64,000 nucleotides of DNA from Lepidodermella squamata (taxonomy: Eukaryota > Animalia > Gastrotricha). Made by a program: the position numbers and the translations under genes. A model generated the notes under the pieces. That model was not told the DNA's origin, searched no databases, and saw nothing but the letters and a program-made list of their open reading frames with translations. The stretch is from contig JBLDXI010000048.1 of the NCBI GenBank assembly GCA_047495785.1, positions 186,001 through 250,000 on the forward strand. The letters are read 5' to 3'. Positions 48,265 to 61,335 of this stretch are shown piece by piece. Position 1 is the first letter of the stretch. Each line of letters opens with the position of its first letter.

Positions 48265-51200
48265 ATGCAGCTTCCCGGTATTTTTATCGCTTTGGTAACG
48301 GCTGTCCTTATGGCGACGAGGACGGTTGTATGCGCGCTTCAAAGCAATGTAAAAAGAGATGCGGTTTTATAAAGTATCTTTTATCATAACTGCTATCTTT
48401 TAGGTTGAGTCTGAAGCAGCTCTAACGGTGAGAAACGAGTTTTATTTGCGCAATCTCGGTTCATCTCAGGTTGGGCACGTATAATTTAACGTTTTTTTTT
48501 CGCACGCCCATCGATTGAAATTGCACGCTAAATTGCGTCGTTAGAATTTACCGCGGCCAATATAAAGGCAAATTTGTCGCAACACAGAAACACCGTCCTT
48601 TGTCCTTTCAAATTTTCGCTTTAGGGCCAAGCTACCGGGTCGTATTATCGAAGAATTTTTATAAGGGTCTTACTTTAGTGGAACCAAGTTTTGGAATTTT
48701 TAATGGGCCTACAGCCTACAACCTTTTTTCGAAACTTTCAAGAATGTCAAGATTGATTAGCATAATTTTAAATAATCTATCATAAAATGCAGGGTAAAAT
48801 TCTGTATAAGACGCATTCTCTACTCTAGAATTCATACGTTGCCCTAATTTCGTTGAAATTTTCGACCTTTTGCTTAGCTAAAATTAGGTTCTGCAATGGC
48901 AAAATTTGGTCCCGCTAAAATATATTCTAGTTTTATAATACCAAGCCAAAAACACAGTTTTGGTTTAAACAAAACCAAGGATTGGGTACCAGAATTACGG
49001 GGAAAATTCGATAGTTATAGATAAGAACGTTATGCCAGTGGAATTTCCAAATCAATTCAAAGATATTTTAAGGTGCGGACAAAATTGCCCATTTGAATAA
49101 CCCACTTAATTTTATTTTACCTAGCATCAGGTCATTTAAAATAAGCCGCGCCTCCTGGGCATTTCCTAACTTGTTGTCGCCCTCATTTTCATTTGAAAAA
49201 CCTCATTGTGATTTTACCTGGGTGAGGAGATAATACAAAGGATGAGGCTGATATCGATTTAAGCTCCGATTTTTCTACCTTTAAATTGAAAATAGCACAA
49301 GAGCCGATTGGAAAATATGAATAACGTAAACTTTCTCCTTGCAGCCAGGTGCCAGTCTGTTCAAGTCGCCGCGAGACGGCGAAGATGCGATGCCGGTGCT
49401 GAGCGATGCTCTCAACGAATCACTATGGTCAAACCCCGTGCCATTCATGATTTTCCCCCAGCCGCCGTTGAGTAAGTCTAGACGAGGAAGCTATAGGGGT
49501 AACCCTGGAGGAAAACATGCCCTTGAAAGTCATAGTTAGCTCTTGCTCGAAAACATGTCAAATTAGGTGAAACGGTGGCCAAGTTGCTTCTGATATTCTC
49601 GAGGTAGATGGCCCTGTTGAAGCTCACAGTCGGAATTGGTCCTTCGATGCTAACGTCCTGCTTGTTTTGTGTATATATCTAACAGCTAGTGATTTGGAGG
49701 CGAGTTGGCGAGCCAATTTGCGACTTGTCGAGGAGAACACGTGCATTCGATTCAAAGAGATCTTGTTTTCAGACTACTTCAATCCAGATGGAACAGAAAA
49801 CGGTAGGCCACTACCTGCAGATCGATGGTTCCGCGTTGTTAACGGGTGCGTCAATTGAAATAATTATTTCTATAGTTCGCCATTTTACCTCAAGAAAACC
49901 ATATATACTTACCTATCGCAATTAGTCGAGAATTTTCTACATTAGTACCTCGTCGTCATATGCTTTATACCTTCATCTCAAACTCAGGTTTTCTTTGACT
50001 ACTAAAACTGTGTGAAAAATAAATTGTGATGCTATAATATGTACTTATAACCCTATATAACCCTATATAACCCTATATTCTTCCTTTATAGTGAATACAG
50101 CGCCGAGTCTGGTTACCATTCAGCTTTCACAACACAAAATGCTCAATTCGATGCGGCACCAGTAAGTTATATGGGAATATACCAATTTGAGATTTCATCC
50201 ACGATAGAGGTAGTTGTAAGTGTGCTACTGCTTCCGATCAACTGGCTGATCGGCTTTATTTATATTATTCATGAAAATGATATTCCTAGGTTTCGCAATA
50301 ATTTGTTGTCTCTTTCTTTGCAGCTTGCCGCCAAAGCTTTACTGATAACGCTCGGATCTGTAAGTAATTGAAATTTCTTTCCAGAATGCTCAAAGAATAC
50401 TTTCTTTATGTGGTTCAGAAGCAGGAACACTTTTCTTGCTTTAGATTTAGTTTATCAGGGGGACTGGCGGCTTGTTGGTACGATTTTTACGATTTTAGCA
50501 CTATAGGACTCGAGTTCAAGTTCATGAAATAATTTTCATGAATTGCCAAAAATTGCGCTCAGGAGGCTTGAAAATGAATCTTCACCACTGATTTGAATCT
50601 GCGTTATTTGCAGAATTACGACTTTAATCGCTATGACCGTGACGATTACCTGACAGTAACAGGTGGAAACAGGTTGGAATCGCAATAATCTTTCGTCAAT
50701 TCGTCAATATATTTTCTCGTTTTTTATTAGTTACTTTCCTGCCAACTTTGTCAAGTTCTTGCGAGAGGACTCGGAAACGTTCGACATTCCTTTCGATTAT
50801 GGATCAGCTTCTATACCTCACCCGAGCATCCTAGCCAAACCCAGCCGGTATACCATCTTACCGAAAGACTTGCGTTACATTGGAGCCATGAACTCGGGAT
50901 CGATGTCGTTTAACAATCTCAAGTACCTGAACTACCGATATAACTGCTTAGGTGAGTTGAAGCGATGTAATCCAACTTGAATGATCCTGACTTTTCTAGA
51001 GACAAACTGTTCCAACTCGTCGTCGGTCAACTGTACGAATGGGGGCTACCAGAACCCGAACAATTGCTCGCAATGCCTGTGCCCACCTGGGACCGGCGGG
51101 CGGCTCTGCGCAGACTTGCCTCCCTTCTTGCCTAAAGAAACTTGCGGCGGGGTTATTCGCATGACTCAGTGCAACTTGATGTACATTGACTCGCCTAATT

Positions 51201-53098
51201 ATCCGAATGCTTATCCAAATGGGAGCATTTGCTCATGGCGCGTGATCTCCTCTACGGTACGGCTCTTGAAACTATCTCGATAGTCGTTAATTGAAACTTG
51301 ATTCCATTCCTAAACAACAGCCTGGCCTAACTTTCGGATTTGACGGAAAACCAGATATAACTTCTGGAAATTCTGGTAAGATTTGGTTAGCTTGCTGCTT
51401 AGACGTTGAACGATCTGAAAGGTCAACCAGGAAAATGCCTTGCTAATGTCCTGTAGTTAGTAGTTAGTGCACGGAGGAAGATCCTCAATTATAGGAGGCA
51501 TTTTCAGGCTCAAATTTTATGACCAAATGGTCCTGGCAAATGACAAAATGGTCTTTTCGGGTTTTTATCATGGTCATGAGAACTGAGAACTGGAGGCGGT
51601 TTCGATACCACCTTCGCAAACTGGTAGTAGGGTTTTTCACGTTACCGTTTCTTGCTTCTTCCTTACATCAGGTAATCAACATCATTAAAAAGTGAACTTT
51701 GTCCACAGGCGGATGGCAGTTTCAGTCTCAAGACGACTACTGCGAAGACTACGTCGAATTCCTAAACGCGGGCGACGGAACTCAGCCATACTTACGCATT
51801 TGCTCCTATGGCGTGAGCAGCGGTCGGATCTACGAAGTCAACGGTACAACCGCTGTCATTCACTTCAAATCGAACGCAGCAACGCCCGGCAAAGGATTCC
51901 GCCTTTATGTTTACGCCAAATGCCCCGGAGTCGACGATCGAGAGGTGAGCCTCACGCCGTCCGGGTACGATTACGAGGGGTCGAAGAATACATCTGTGAC
52001 TGGGAAATCCTGCCTGCCATGGCCGGAAGCAACTGAATTCTACGATGGTCTCGCGTATCCCAGAGGCTCAATTCTAGCCTCGAGCAATTACTGTCGCAAT
52101 CCGACGTCGAACGCTAATGGGACATACTGTTACGTCAGTGCGAACACAACTGAGCCTTGCTCAATCCCGAGAGCTGTAAATTCTGGGACAACTACAAGTT
52201 AGCATTAATTGCTTTATCGTAGGTATTGTCGGGCTCATAATTCTCTATTTTCTCAGGCAATACGACTACTCCAGCTGCTCAATTGCTTAGCCGTTGCGTC
52301 AACTCGAAGACCAACGAATTCGAAGCTTGTCGTTCGACTTGCTCTGCCGGAGAAACTACGCTAAAGCGTAACGGTGTACTGGACTCGACTACTTGCCAAC
52401 AGGGGGTGAATTGGTTTGATAAAAATTGGGGAAATGTAAAAAGGGCCCAAACTAGCTTACTAACACTAAATTTGGCTTATTTTATTTTGCAAAGTCGAAC
52501 TTTTGCTTTTCTGATTGATACAAATGTCCCTAGGGCCGCCGGGGTGATTTTTCCGCGAGTTGTCCTGATTAATCTCATTTTCTTATACATATTTATTTGC
52601 TTAATATATCTTTGCAGAACGCCAAAAAGTGTTACAATAGCTTGACCAATGTCTATAGTTGTACCCCGGGTAACACTGGGTGTGGCAGTAATGCTACGAC
52701 CGTCGTGAGTTGATGGTTTCCAGTGACCAGTGAAGTACCGTTATTTCATTATCCATTTCAGCCTCCGATGTTTAATGGCTACAAAAGTTTCGCTCGCAAC
52801 TGGTTGGCTTGCAATCACGTTTATGGCTATGTAATGTTTCAAAATATCACAATTGTGAAACACTAATAATGTGAAATTTCGCCATCAGAAATACAATCGT
52901 TGCTACCGAAACGTCACGTCTCCTTCTTCAGGCGATTTCGTCGATTGTCGCCGAACTGTATATGGCTGCCGGAATGGTGTCGAAGTTTGTTGCCATACAT
53001 TTTGTAACTTACTCGCTTATAATTTAATCAATTTGTTCCAGAAACGAAGGATTGACGAAGGCGAATATTTGGACCCTTTCTCGTGTTACAAATTCTAA
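48265..53098 (+). CDS. Secreted astacin-like (catalytically degenerate)-EGF-CUB-Kringle-Cys-rich protein
   Basis: Multi-exon: 48265-48327, 48404-48469, 49345-49471, 49686-49845, 50092-50209, 50324-50359, 50614-50672, 50731-50951, ~51000-51256, ~51672-52194 and further short exons to 53098. Motifs LWSNPVPF, EENTCIRF, RYDRDDY, PFDYGS, CTNGGYQNPNNCSQCLCP, SPNYPNAYP, NYCRNP. 3' exon boundaries are approximate. Confidence 0.85.
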
Positions 53099-54110
53099 TT
53101 ACGGTCTACAATCTCGCTGACTTTTCCTCAATAATGAGTCTTGGAATAGAAGCTTAATTGTATTCTTCGCATTGTGCTGAAATATTGCTCTAGTGATACT
53201 ACGTCAGAAACATCAGTTATTTATTAGCCGCTGAATTTAGAAGTAAAAATCCTGTCTTCTTTTAACTTTTACCTTTGATGCATTTATTCCGATCGTATGA
53301 CAATTCAGCGTTCCCCGTTCCCATTTCCCATTTCAAAGCCATCTCAGAAATTGGAAAAAAGCCAGGAATACCGATTATATGACGACTCAACACATGATGT
53401 GAAAATTCGAATCCCTTTATGACAAAAATTGGCGTGGAAAACAAAACCTGGCATATTCATAGTCTTAAGATGGATCCCGGGGTGCGTTTCATTTTTTCAA
53501 TTTGAAAAAAATAACTGATCACAAAAAATGATGAAAAGGGGTCAGTGCAACACACCTGCGCATTAAGATATGAACAAGCGAGAACCATCGATGTGTATAG
53601 GATAATGAATATGTAAAAGAGATCGCACCGAGGCCAACGCTCGCGTCAACAACATTTAAGGGCAGTACACGTCGCCGTAGTAGCGTTATTTACCTATCCC
53701 TACAGTCATATACGCAAGTGCAGCCCATCACATCACGCATATCCTCTCGTATACATGCAGAGGTATACTTCCATATTACGTTATACTAATATGTAATTTC
53801 TCAAGTTTAGCGTAAAAAACGAGCCAAACCTAATTTAGGTTCACATAGTCACAAACCAATCCTTGGGATTTTATCGCACCTCTAACCTATCGAGGTTGGA
53901 GACCTTTCTCACTAAACCTGTTCCTACCCATTAAAAACGTGTGACAAGTTACAATTAAGCTGTATGCAGTATATAGGGTCTGCGCCTATACAGGAAAAGA
54001 TTCATCAGTCGTAATATCAGACTGACACTGCATCCGGCGGCATATTTAGGGGCATTTGGCGGCAATTAAGCAAAATAAAGGCCTGCGATCAAGTACTAAG
54101 TACGAATCAG

Positions 54111-54228
54111 GAGACAATTCAGCCAGTCGAGGATTCAGCAAATAATCAAGATTTTACTTGGCCCTAAATATCTTACTATCACTTTCTGAAGTTTCTTCAT
54201 GCGGAATAGGCACTGGCTGAATTGTCTC
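54111..54228. repeat. 118-bp element with perfect 17-bp terminal inverted repeats (probable mini-MITE)
   Basis: GAGACAATTCAGCCAGT at 54111-54127 and ACTGGCTGAATTGTCTC at 54212-54228. Confidence 0.7.
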
Positions 54229-54827
54229 AAGCTGAAGTGTCGTTGCTTTACTTGGTATCTTGGAATTTTGGGCTCAGATATCCCGTGCTGATCTGTCGCT
54301 TGGTTCTTTCATGCTCCTAAATTATACCATACTTATGAATTTCTAAAGAGATAAATGGGCTGCATTCGCTAATCTAATCTGTCATTGCAAAGGCAAAGCA
54401 CCTAATACCCGCCTCCTTTTTCCCTTTTCAGGAAATAGCCTGCACCTCCAAACCCTGGTTATCACTAGATACAAGATTTTAGAATTTCATTCTCAAGATT
54501 GCACCCAAAAAACATGTCTTATTTAAAGCTGATTGAATAGAGCGTGGATCTTTGGGTAAACTTTCGTGTAAAAGCTAGATTTAGAAATGCACCATACTAC
54601 ATATGTAATATACTCATTCTTGACACTTCAGAAGTCTAACTGAACTTTCTTGGTATTTCCATCCCAGTTTGGTCCACATAGTTCAACAATGTATTTATCC
54701 ACAAAAATCTTCGAAATCAGATTGGGGTTGTCCGTAAGCTCGTCCGATTTCCTTGTGAAATTTGGATGGAATAAGTAGTCAACTGGAAATATATTTTGTT
54801 GATGTCTCTATTTAGGGCACACTCTTA

Positions 54828-56001
54828 ATGACGGACAAGGTCGAAGCCGTGAGCCGGTCGCAATCTTTACCAGTTTTGGTAACAGACCGCCGGCTATCTA
54901 ATTCACAGCCTTCGATCAACCAACTGCGAAGTCCGTCGCCAGTCCGCGAGGTGCTCAGCCGCTACCTGGACAGAATTACTAATTTACGACTAGCAAAATC
55001 CCGCCCAGCCCCAGTTGTGAGTGATAAAGCTCCTGTAACAGAGGATCCGTCAAAAAACCCGAGGAAGCGGCCTTCATTTCGGATATTTTCCGCGGCTGTA
55101 TCTTCGATTTCGCGAAGTTTCAGCTCAACACCCTCGGCGGAGGAAAGCACCGTAGTTACGGATGTGGACCTAGCGGCGTTTTACCAAATCGATGCAGCGT
55201 CTCTTGTTCTAGGCCTGCCGATGCCTGAAGCGCAGGCCGCTTCGCAGTTGGCACTGCAAAAGTGCATCGTCTGGCCGCAGGAATCGACTTCTGCCGTATG
55301 CTCCAAGTGCCGCTCGCTTATCGAGACAAATTTGCGGTATCGGGCGGGGCGGTTCGCTCGCGCCTCCGCGCTGGTGCTTGCCAGCACAGGGTGAGATAAT
55401 TATGCCATTCATTATTCATTGATCGTTTGAGAAGTAATTCCACGTCTGATGGGATGATTGTTATTTTTCTTAGCATCTTATTAATATTGCGCTGCACTCT
55501 CTTTGACGAGGGACATTTCGTTAGTTTCCCATGCAATGATGAGCATCGCAGTAGGAGAGATAAATCTCGCGACCGTTGGTAAAAGATGGATTATTGATAG
55601 GGCTTCTCCTCGATATGTTGTGTTACCGAAATAGTGGAAAATTTCAATGGGCACCGTTTGTGTTTTTTGGTTACTATTATTCAAAATATCTGTAAGTAGT
55701 AAATGAACGAGGAGATTTAAAGAGATTCAGACTATTATAAAGGCGTCCGAGCTCATAGGCGATTTCAGGTTTTGAAGCTCGCTTCAGAAATTGTGAAGAC
55801 ATACCTTTCTTTCGGCTTCGCATTCAAAAGTTATCATTTTTCTTGTTACCTAGGATTGGCATTCTGGGCTTCTTCATCCTGCCGTTCTGCTGCCACACGT
55901 GCCTCGATGTGCGACACCACTGCCCGGTCTGCAATGAACTGCTCGGCATCCACGAACGCCGCTTTCCCGCCTCGTTGAAGCAATTTAAATGCATCGTGTG
56001 A
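54828..56001 (+). CDS. LITAF-domain protein
   Basis: Exons 54828-55390 and 55854-56001. CSKC, hydrophobic segment, then ILPFCCHTCLDVRHHCPVCNELLG (the two CxxC half-sites of the LITAF Zn domain). Confidence 0.88.
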
Positions 56002-56281
56002 CCTGTGACAACCCTAGCGATGAATTTCACTCCACTTGTCTTTTCACAATTTTTTTAAAATAAATTTTGTCACAATATTCGGTTATTCTAGCTTTATTCT
56101 TTTAAAACAATCAACATTCAACAAATTCAGAAAAAGTAGAAAAATCAAATGCGGAATTGATCGATCTGCGAAAGCAAAGTCTTCAATCAATATATAGGAA
56201 GCTAAGAAGCATAATCATTATCATCTCTAGCAGGGAAATCAAAGTAGTCACTTTTTAGCTTTCGGCGTGGGCCTTGAAACT

Positions 56282-58064
56282 TCAAGGCCGTCCATTCGAA
56301 CTGGTGAAGTGGGCAGCTTCTCGCCACGCTTCCGTGTTGATCGAAACGACGCGAGCTTTCTGGAAACCATTGAAGGTCGTAGCGCAGCATGAAGTGTAAG
56401 CGCCCATGTTCTTGAATACCAGCCAGTCGCCTTCTTCGAGATCAGGCAGCTCAACTTCACTCAGGATTAGGTCCATTGAGTCGCATGTTGGACCCCATAG
56501 CGAAGAAGGGTGGCGCGGTAGGGCGTCTGCTTCATCTGGGGTCAGGAAGCGTCCACTTTTGGTCCAAACTCGCGGTGGGCGAACTTGATGGGCGTGGTCG
56601 AAGAACAAGCAGTTGAAGGACCCATAGACGCCATCTGAAAAAAGCAAAAATTATAGCTGGTCATTCAAACAGAATAAGCCAGATAAGGGAAACCATGAGA
56701 GCCTCTACTTACACTGGATCCAGGTAGTTTCCTGACGGCAACTTGAACTCAAATTCTGAAAGCCTCCGAACCATAACCCCAGCTGTATGCTCCAAAACTA
56801 ACCCAATTCAGAACCCTAACTCCCATAGGACTACGTCTAAGGCCTTATATTTACTCTAACCCTAAACTAAGTCCTAATCCTAATAGGCCCAGGAACAGCA
56901 CTAGGAACTAATCATTTTTCTACCCAAAACTGATTCTAGCCCAACCCTTATCCTACTTTCTTCCCTTTTTGGAATCAGGCTTTGTGGAAGGAGCCTAATA
57001 ACGCTAGGAAACTCACCGTTCAGATAGTACATGGAGGTTTTCGTGACCTCGCCTGTTTCCGGATTCTTCTCAGTAGTAACCCTACGAGACGTGACGCTAA
57101 CAGCCAGCGTAAAAGCAGCAGTTGCAAAGAAACGACCCGGCTCAGCGATGACACGCAGATGCGGGAAATCCTGCGACGGGAAGAACTCATCCAACGAAGC
57201 ATTCACCACCTTAGCGATGGATTCGAACCGTATGTCATCTCCATTACTAACGCCTGGATATCCACCGCCGATATCGAGGATGTGGAAAGCTGAGCCAAAG
57301 CCTAGCTGTTGGGCTGTGTCGAAGACGTAGCGGGCGGATTTAATCGCGCTTTCGTACAGCACAGCGTCGTAGCAGCCAGAGCCTACGTGAAAGCTGACGC
57401 CAACAACGCTCAGTTCCATGGATTTCGCCGCGGTAAGGAGAGACTCGACCGCAGTTAGGGCCGCGCCAAATTTCACGCTGAATCTGCAAGCGGATTTCGA
57501 ATCATCAGTAGCGATGCGAAGGATCAGCTCGGCCTCTGGGAACTCAGCCTTGATCTTGACCAGCTCGAAATAGTTGTCAAAGGTCATGAGTTTGACCCCC
57601 TTCTCACGGGCGTATTGGATGTGGGAGGCTGGTTTGCAGGGGTTGGCGTAGACGATGCGTGAAGGCGATACCCCCATATCTAGGACAGCTTTCAACTCGG
57701 CCTTTGAAGCGCAATCGAACCCAGTTCCAAGTCGCTCGAGAGTTCGAACGAGAGTTGGATCAGTGTTGCATTTCACGGCGTAGAACGGCTCGACACGGTT
57801 GAGTTCACGCTTCCACGCGTCGAATTGGTCGACGACGCGTGACAGGTCGAGCAGGATAACGGCGCGTTCTGCATCGGCGGTTTCAAGTTCGCGAGTCATG
57901 GCGTCCTCTACGGAGATCGAAGGCTGTAGTTGGTCGCCATCGTCTGACGGCGACTCGATCGCCGCGCGGCTGTGGCGCTCGAGCAGTAGGTGTTGATGCT
58001 CGAAGCTGCGCGCAGCGGTGTACGGTTCCAGCGGGACATTATTGCGCTGGCCTACAGTCAGCAT
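56282..58064 (-). CDS. ODC1: Ornithine decarboxylase
   Basis: Exons 58064-57017 and 56634-56282. PFYAVKCN (PLP lysine), SFHVGSG, DIGGG, EPGR, DGVYGSFNC, GPTCDS (catalytic Cys retained), MGAYT. Confidence 0.95.
56795..56955. repeat. Degenerate CCCTAA-like repeats in the ODC intron
   Basis: AACCCTAAC, TAACCCTAAACTAAGTCCTAATCCTAAT and CCCAACCCTTA scattered over about 160 bp; probably a repeat-element remnant. Confidence 0.45.
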
Positions 58065-58563
58065 ACAGAAGGCGGCAGCTGCGTCGAGCTCTCGTGACCT
58101 GTTTAGTATGACAAACTAAACGTTAAAAACGAAGCGCAGTCTTGAAAATCGAGAATAATATTCAGTTGCGGCGTCACGCTTCACTGAGCACGTCAAGTTT
58201 TTTCGTCTTACGAAAGTAATAATGATGGCATTCAACACGCAAAAAATGGTCAGTATAGATCGAGTGGGCGAGCAGTGTGAAGAGATGGTCGCTAAGATTT
58301 TTCTTTATGGAGGTGATCAATAGAGCGCAGCACTTTGGCAACTCCCGCTGTGTTTGCACAATGAGGTGTCTCTACTGGCACGCATTCAAATCGATTGCGA
58401 AAATACATTAGAGGTAGCTATTAATAAATCGGGTAACCCCCTTTCGAACGCATTCTTTCGGAGTCAATTGAACCCAAACCAAAAGGTTTAAATACTCACC
58501 AGAGTTGCTGCTGCTGTTTGTGCGGCGATTTACGAGCGTATTTTCCTGTGACATTGTGTTCAT
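58058..58563 (-). promoter_or_regulatory. Spliced upstream ORF overlapping the ODC start codon
   Basis: Exon 58563-58500 (G|GTGAGT donor) joined to the acceptor at 58098 gives MNTMSQENTLVNRRTNSSSNSGHESSTQLPPSVC*. The stop lies within ATGCTGA. Confidence 0.6.
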
Positions 58564-60009
58564 TGTGTCTCGAAGTTGCCGTATGCTGGCGTCTGTAGTG
58601 CAGAATGGCAGTTTTACTCATGCGATCTTGGAATAAGATCGTCTACGCAGCCGCAATTAACTGGACTTGTTGAGAGTCGGATGACGCGGGACTAGCCCAC
58701 TTACTGTGTCTGATGCTCAGATGGCTACTGTCGAAACTGAAGAATGAAAATGGGGTGAGAATCTGCTGCGCTTTTATTCGTGTCCCTTATCAATCTGACC
58801 GTATTGCGCCACTGATAACAAAATGACTGACTAAAGCAAATTTCATCAATGACGTAGTATAGCGTTGTAAAAAATAAGTCGAACCCATTCGCTTTGAATT
58901 GCTGCTTACTAATCGAGCGTTCACTGCAGAGTCAAGCAGCTATGGAAAAGTGTTTCGCGAAACTATAATATGTCATTATATTGTTGCAGAACTCGATTTC
59001 TGATTTCAGCCAGGATTTTGGTAAACATGAGTGACTTATTTTGTTCAAAATGAGATAGGTTTCATACTTTTCCACAAATTTACCTCAAGTCACACCTTAT
59101 TTCCGATTTTAATTTCTGATTCATCAACTTCTTATCATTAGGTTTGATTCAACCTGGAAAAATTGGTTCAATCCCACCCTAAATGCTTAAACAAAGGAAT
59201 GGCGTCATCCGATTGAGTGCTTATCTTTTGGAGCGGAGTCATTTCTGTTGATATTTTTTTCTACGACTGCCACCCAAAGTTGCTCGACAATTAAAGCAAC
59301 ACTCTAGACAATTTTGTCTATCTACGAAAATGCGTATTGCGTCTTGAATAAACAAGCCCATGTGACGACGTCAAAACCGGCTACAGCACGCCATTACTCA
59401 CGTGGATGAGCGATTTTCGTGACTAAAATAAATTATCTTAATTTAAAATAGGCGTAGCTCAAAAGTGAACTATGGACCTTGGCAAATTTCAAAGCTCAAA
59501 GAGCAGATGAATTCGCATTACTGGTTCATTGCCAAGTTCCTACTGCCCAGACAGAGATTTAGGCCGAAAAATCCGAAGAATCATCATTCTCCTATTTCTT
59601 CTGCCACATCCTGTCGAAGCTTGTGCTTCTTACCTACCTCAACTAAGGCTGATTCCTCCATTAGAAACAGGCTTATAATTCTAATGTTTGAGGTCGACCA
59701 AAATCACACTACATCTGGGATTATACTATTGTGCAATAGGGGAGGGAGTTGGGTTAGCATCAAGCGTGCGGATGATCTACAGGACGAAAGATCCAAAGAT
59801 CCACTTTCTCAAGGCTAATATTTCCAACCTATGTGCCATTTCATTAACCACAATGTTATGAAGTTTAGGGAAAGTCTCTTGTAAGTCAGCTGCTTTACTG
59901 GATAAGGCAATAAGTTTTATATTCAACGACTGCCACTGAATCGAATTATTCATGACGTGGCCTTCCGACTTGTCAACAATGGTCACACAATTCTGTTATT
60001 TTCTAGGCA

Positions 60010-60667
60010 TTAGGCAGTTTTTCCAGCTGGTTTGTTGAATTCCGTCAGTCCGGCCACTCCGCCTTTGAACAGATGCGCCAGGACGCAAAGGAGTGTTAGC
60101 AAGGTGGGCACTTGGGTTAGCATGAAGCCCAGGGCTCGAGCTCTTGGACTCAGTTTGTAGCCAATTATGAACGCAACGCGACCAAGTACAAACAGCAACG
60201 AGAGAAACGGGATGAATCTGTGAAAATGAAAATGGACATGATCAAAAGTTTAGCTGGAATGTCCTCGAAAATTACTTGGCTGTTGTCTCGTTGAGGACTG
60301 TGCTGAATGACAATAGAACAGATGCATGCATAACAAATTGTTCGAGGGTGTTGACAAGAATGCGCTGGTCCAACTCAATTATCGCTTCATTTCCTGATGT
60401 GGGATCGACGGCTGCCGATGAAAATCTGCCACCGGACACAGCCGCCGCAGCGTAGAAAACTGGCGTTATCGAAAAGGCTAGGCATCGCAAAGCGAGGCCA
60501 ATTCTAGTTTCCAGCTTGTCGGCTCCTTGGAATTTAAGGTCAAGATTGTCGACTACTTGAAGCCCGACGGCAATTATGGCAATGGCAGTGCCGATTTGGA
60601 TGAGCAGCGGCAGGCGATATGCGAAAAATCCAACTTCTGGCTCTTTTCTAGATCCTTCATTCGACAT
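60010..60667 (-). CDS. TMEM79-like MAPEG-superfamily membrane protein, copy A
   Basis: Exons 60667-60276 and 60217-60010. RILVNTLEQF, FVLGRVAFIIGY, RALGF motifs. Confidence 0.85.
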
Positions 60668-61335
60668 TATTTCCACGTTAATTTAGTAATAAAATCTAAA
60701 ATAGTTTCAGAATCATGATTCGGAAATGTTACAACTTCAAATTCATTTCTTTGAAACGTAATAGGAAATAGGACCACAGTAATGCGCTTCCCAAAATTTA
60801 GAGGCTGATCTAGTATCGATGAGAACCGATTCGCAGAGAGCAATGTGAATTATATTATAGCTTGGCCCGTTGTTCTAACGTAGTACTGCTCTACTTTACG
60901 TTGGAATACCCTTTGAACAAAAATATATATGCTATTATATAACATGCAGTAAGGGCAAAAAATGCGTGTAAACACAGGCCGCTTCTGTCAACTGCCGTGG
61001 TTCATACTGTGTCGGCGATAACAATCACTCGCCCATATATGAGGCTAAACACAGGAATATTTTTTTCTGAAGCGCAGAAAAATACAGTTCAACGAATGTT
61101 GAGAGTGATGTGTTAAATCATGTATTACGCCTTATCTTTACAGGGCAGCGGGTCCCAAACTTTCTGACTTGTATTACACAGTATGGTGAAATATCTGGAC
61201 ACTTTGACTGACGTAATAATATTAAAGGTACGGCAATTTTCTGTCCCATTACTGGCTTTTATTACTTCGATCATTGTGATCATCCTCATCATTCATTCAT
61301 ATCAAGCTAGATCATCAACTTCGTCTCATGATCAG

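Noticed and set aside
50046-50078. TATAACCCTA x3 tandem repeat
   Set aside because: Short intronic minisatellite without spacers; not CRISPR-like or otherwise informative.
55474-55519. Possible extra exon in the LITAF intron
   Set aside because: Its 46 nt would break the frame; direct splicing of 55390 to 55854 gives a complete domain.
58050-58070. Antizyme-like +1 frameshift from the uORF into ODC at TGC TGA
   Set aside because: ODC is in the -1/+2 frame relative to the uORF, not +1, and no slippery heptamer is evident.
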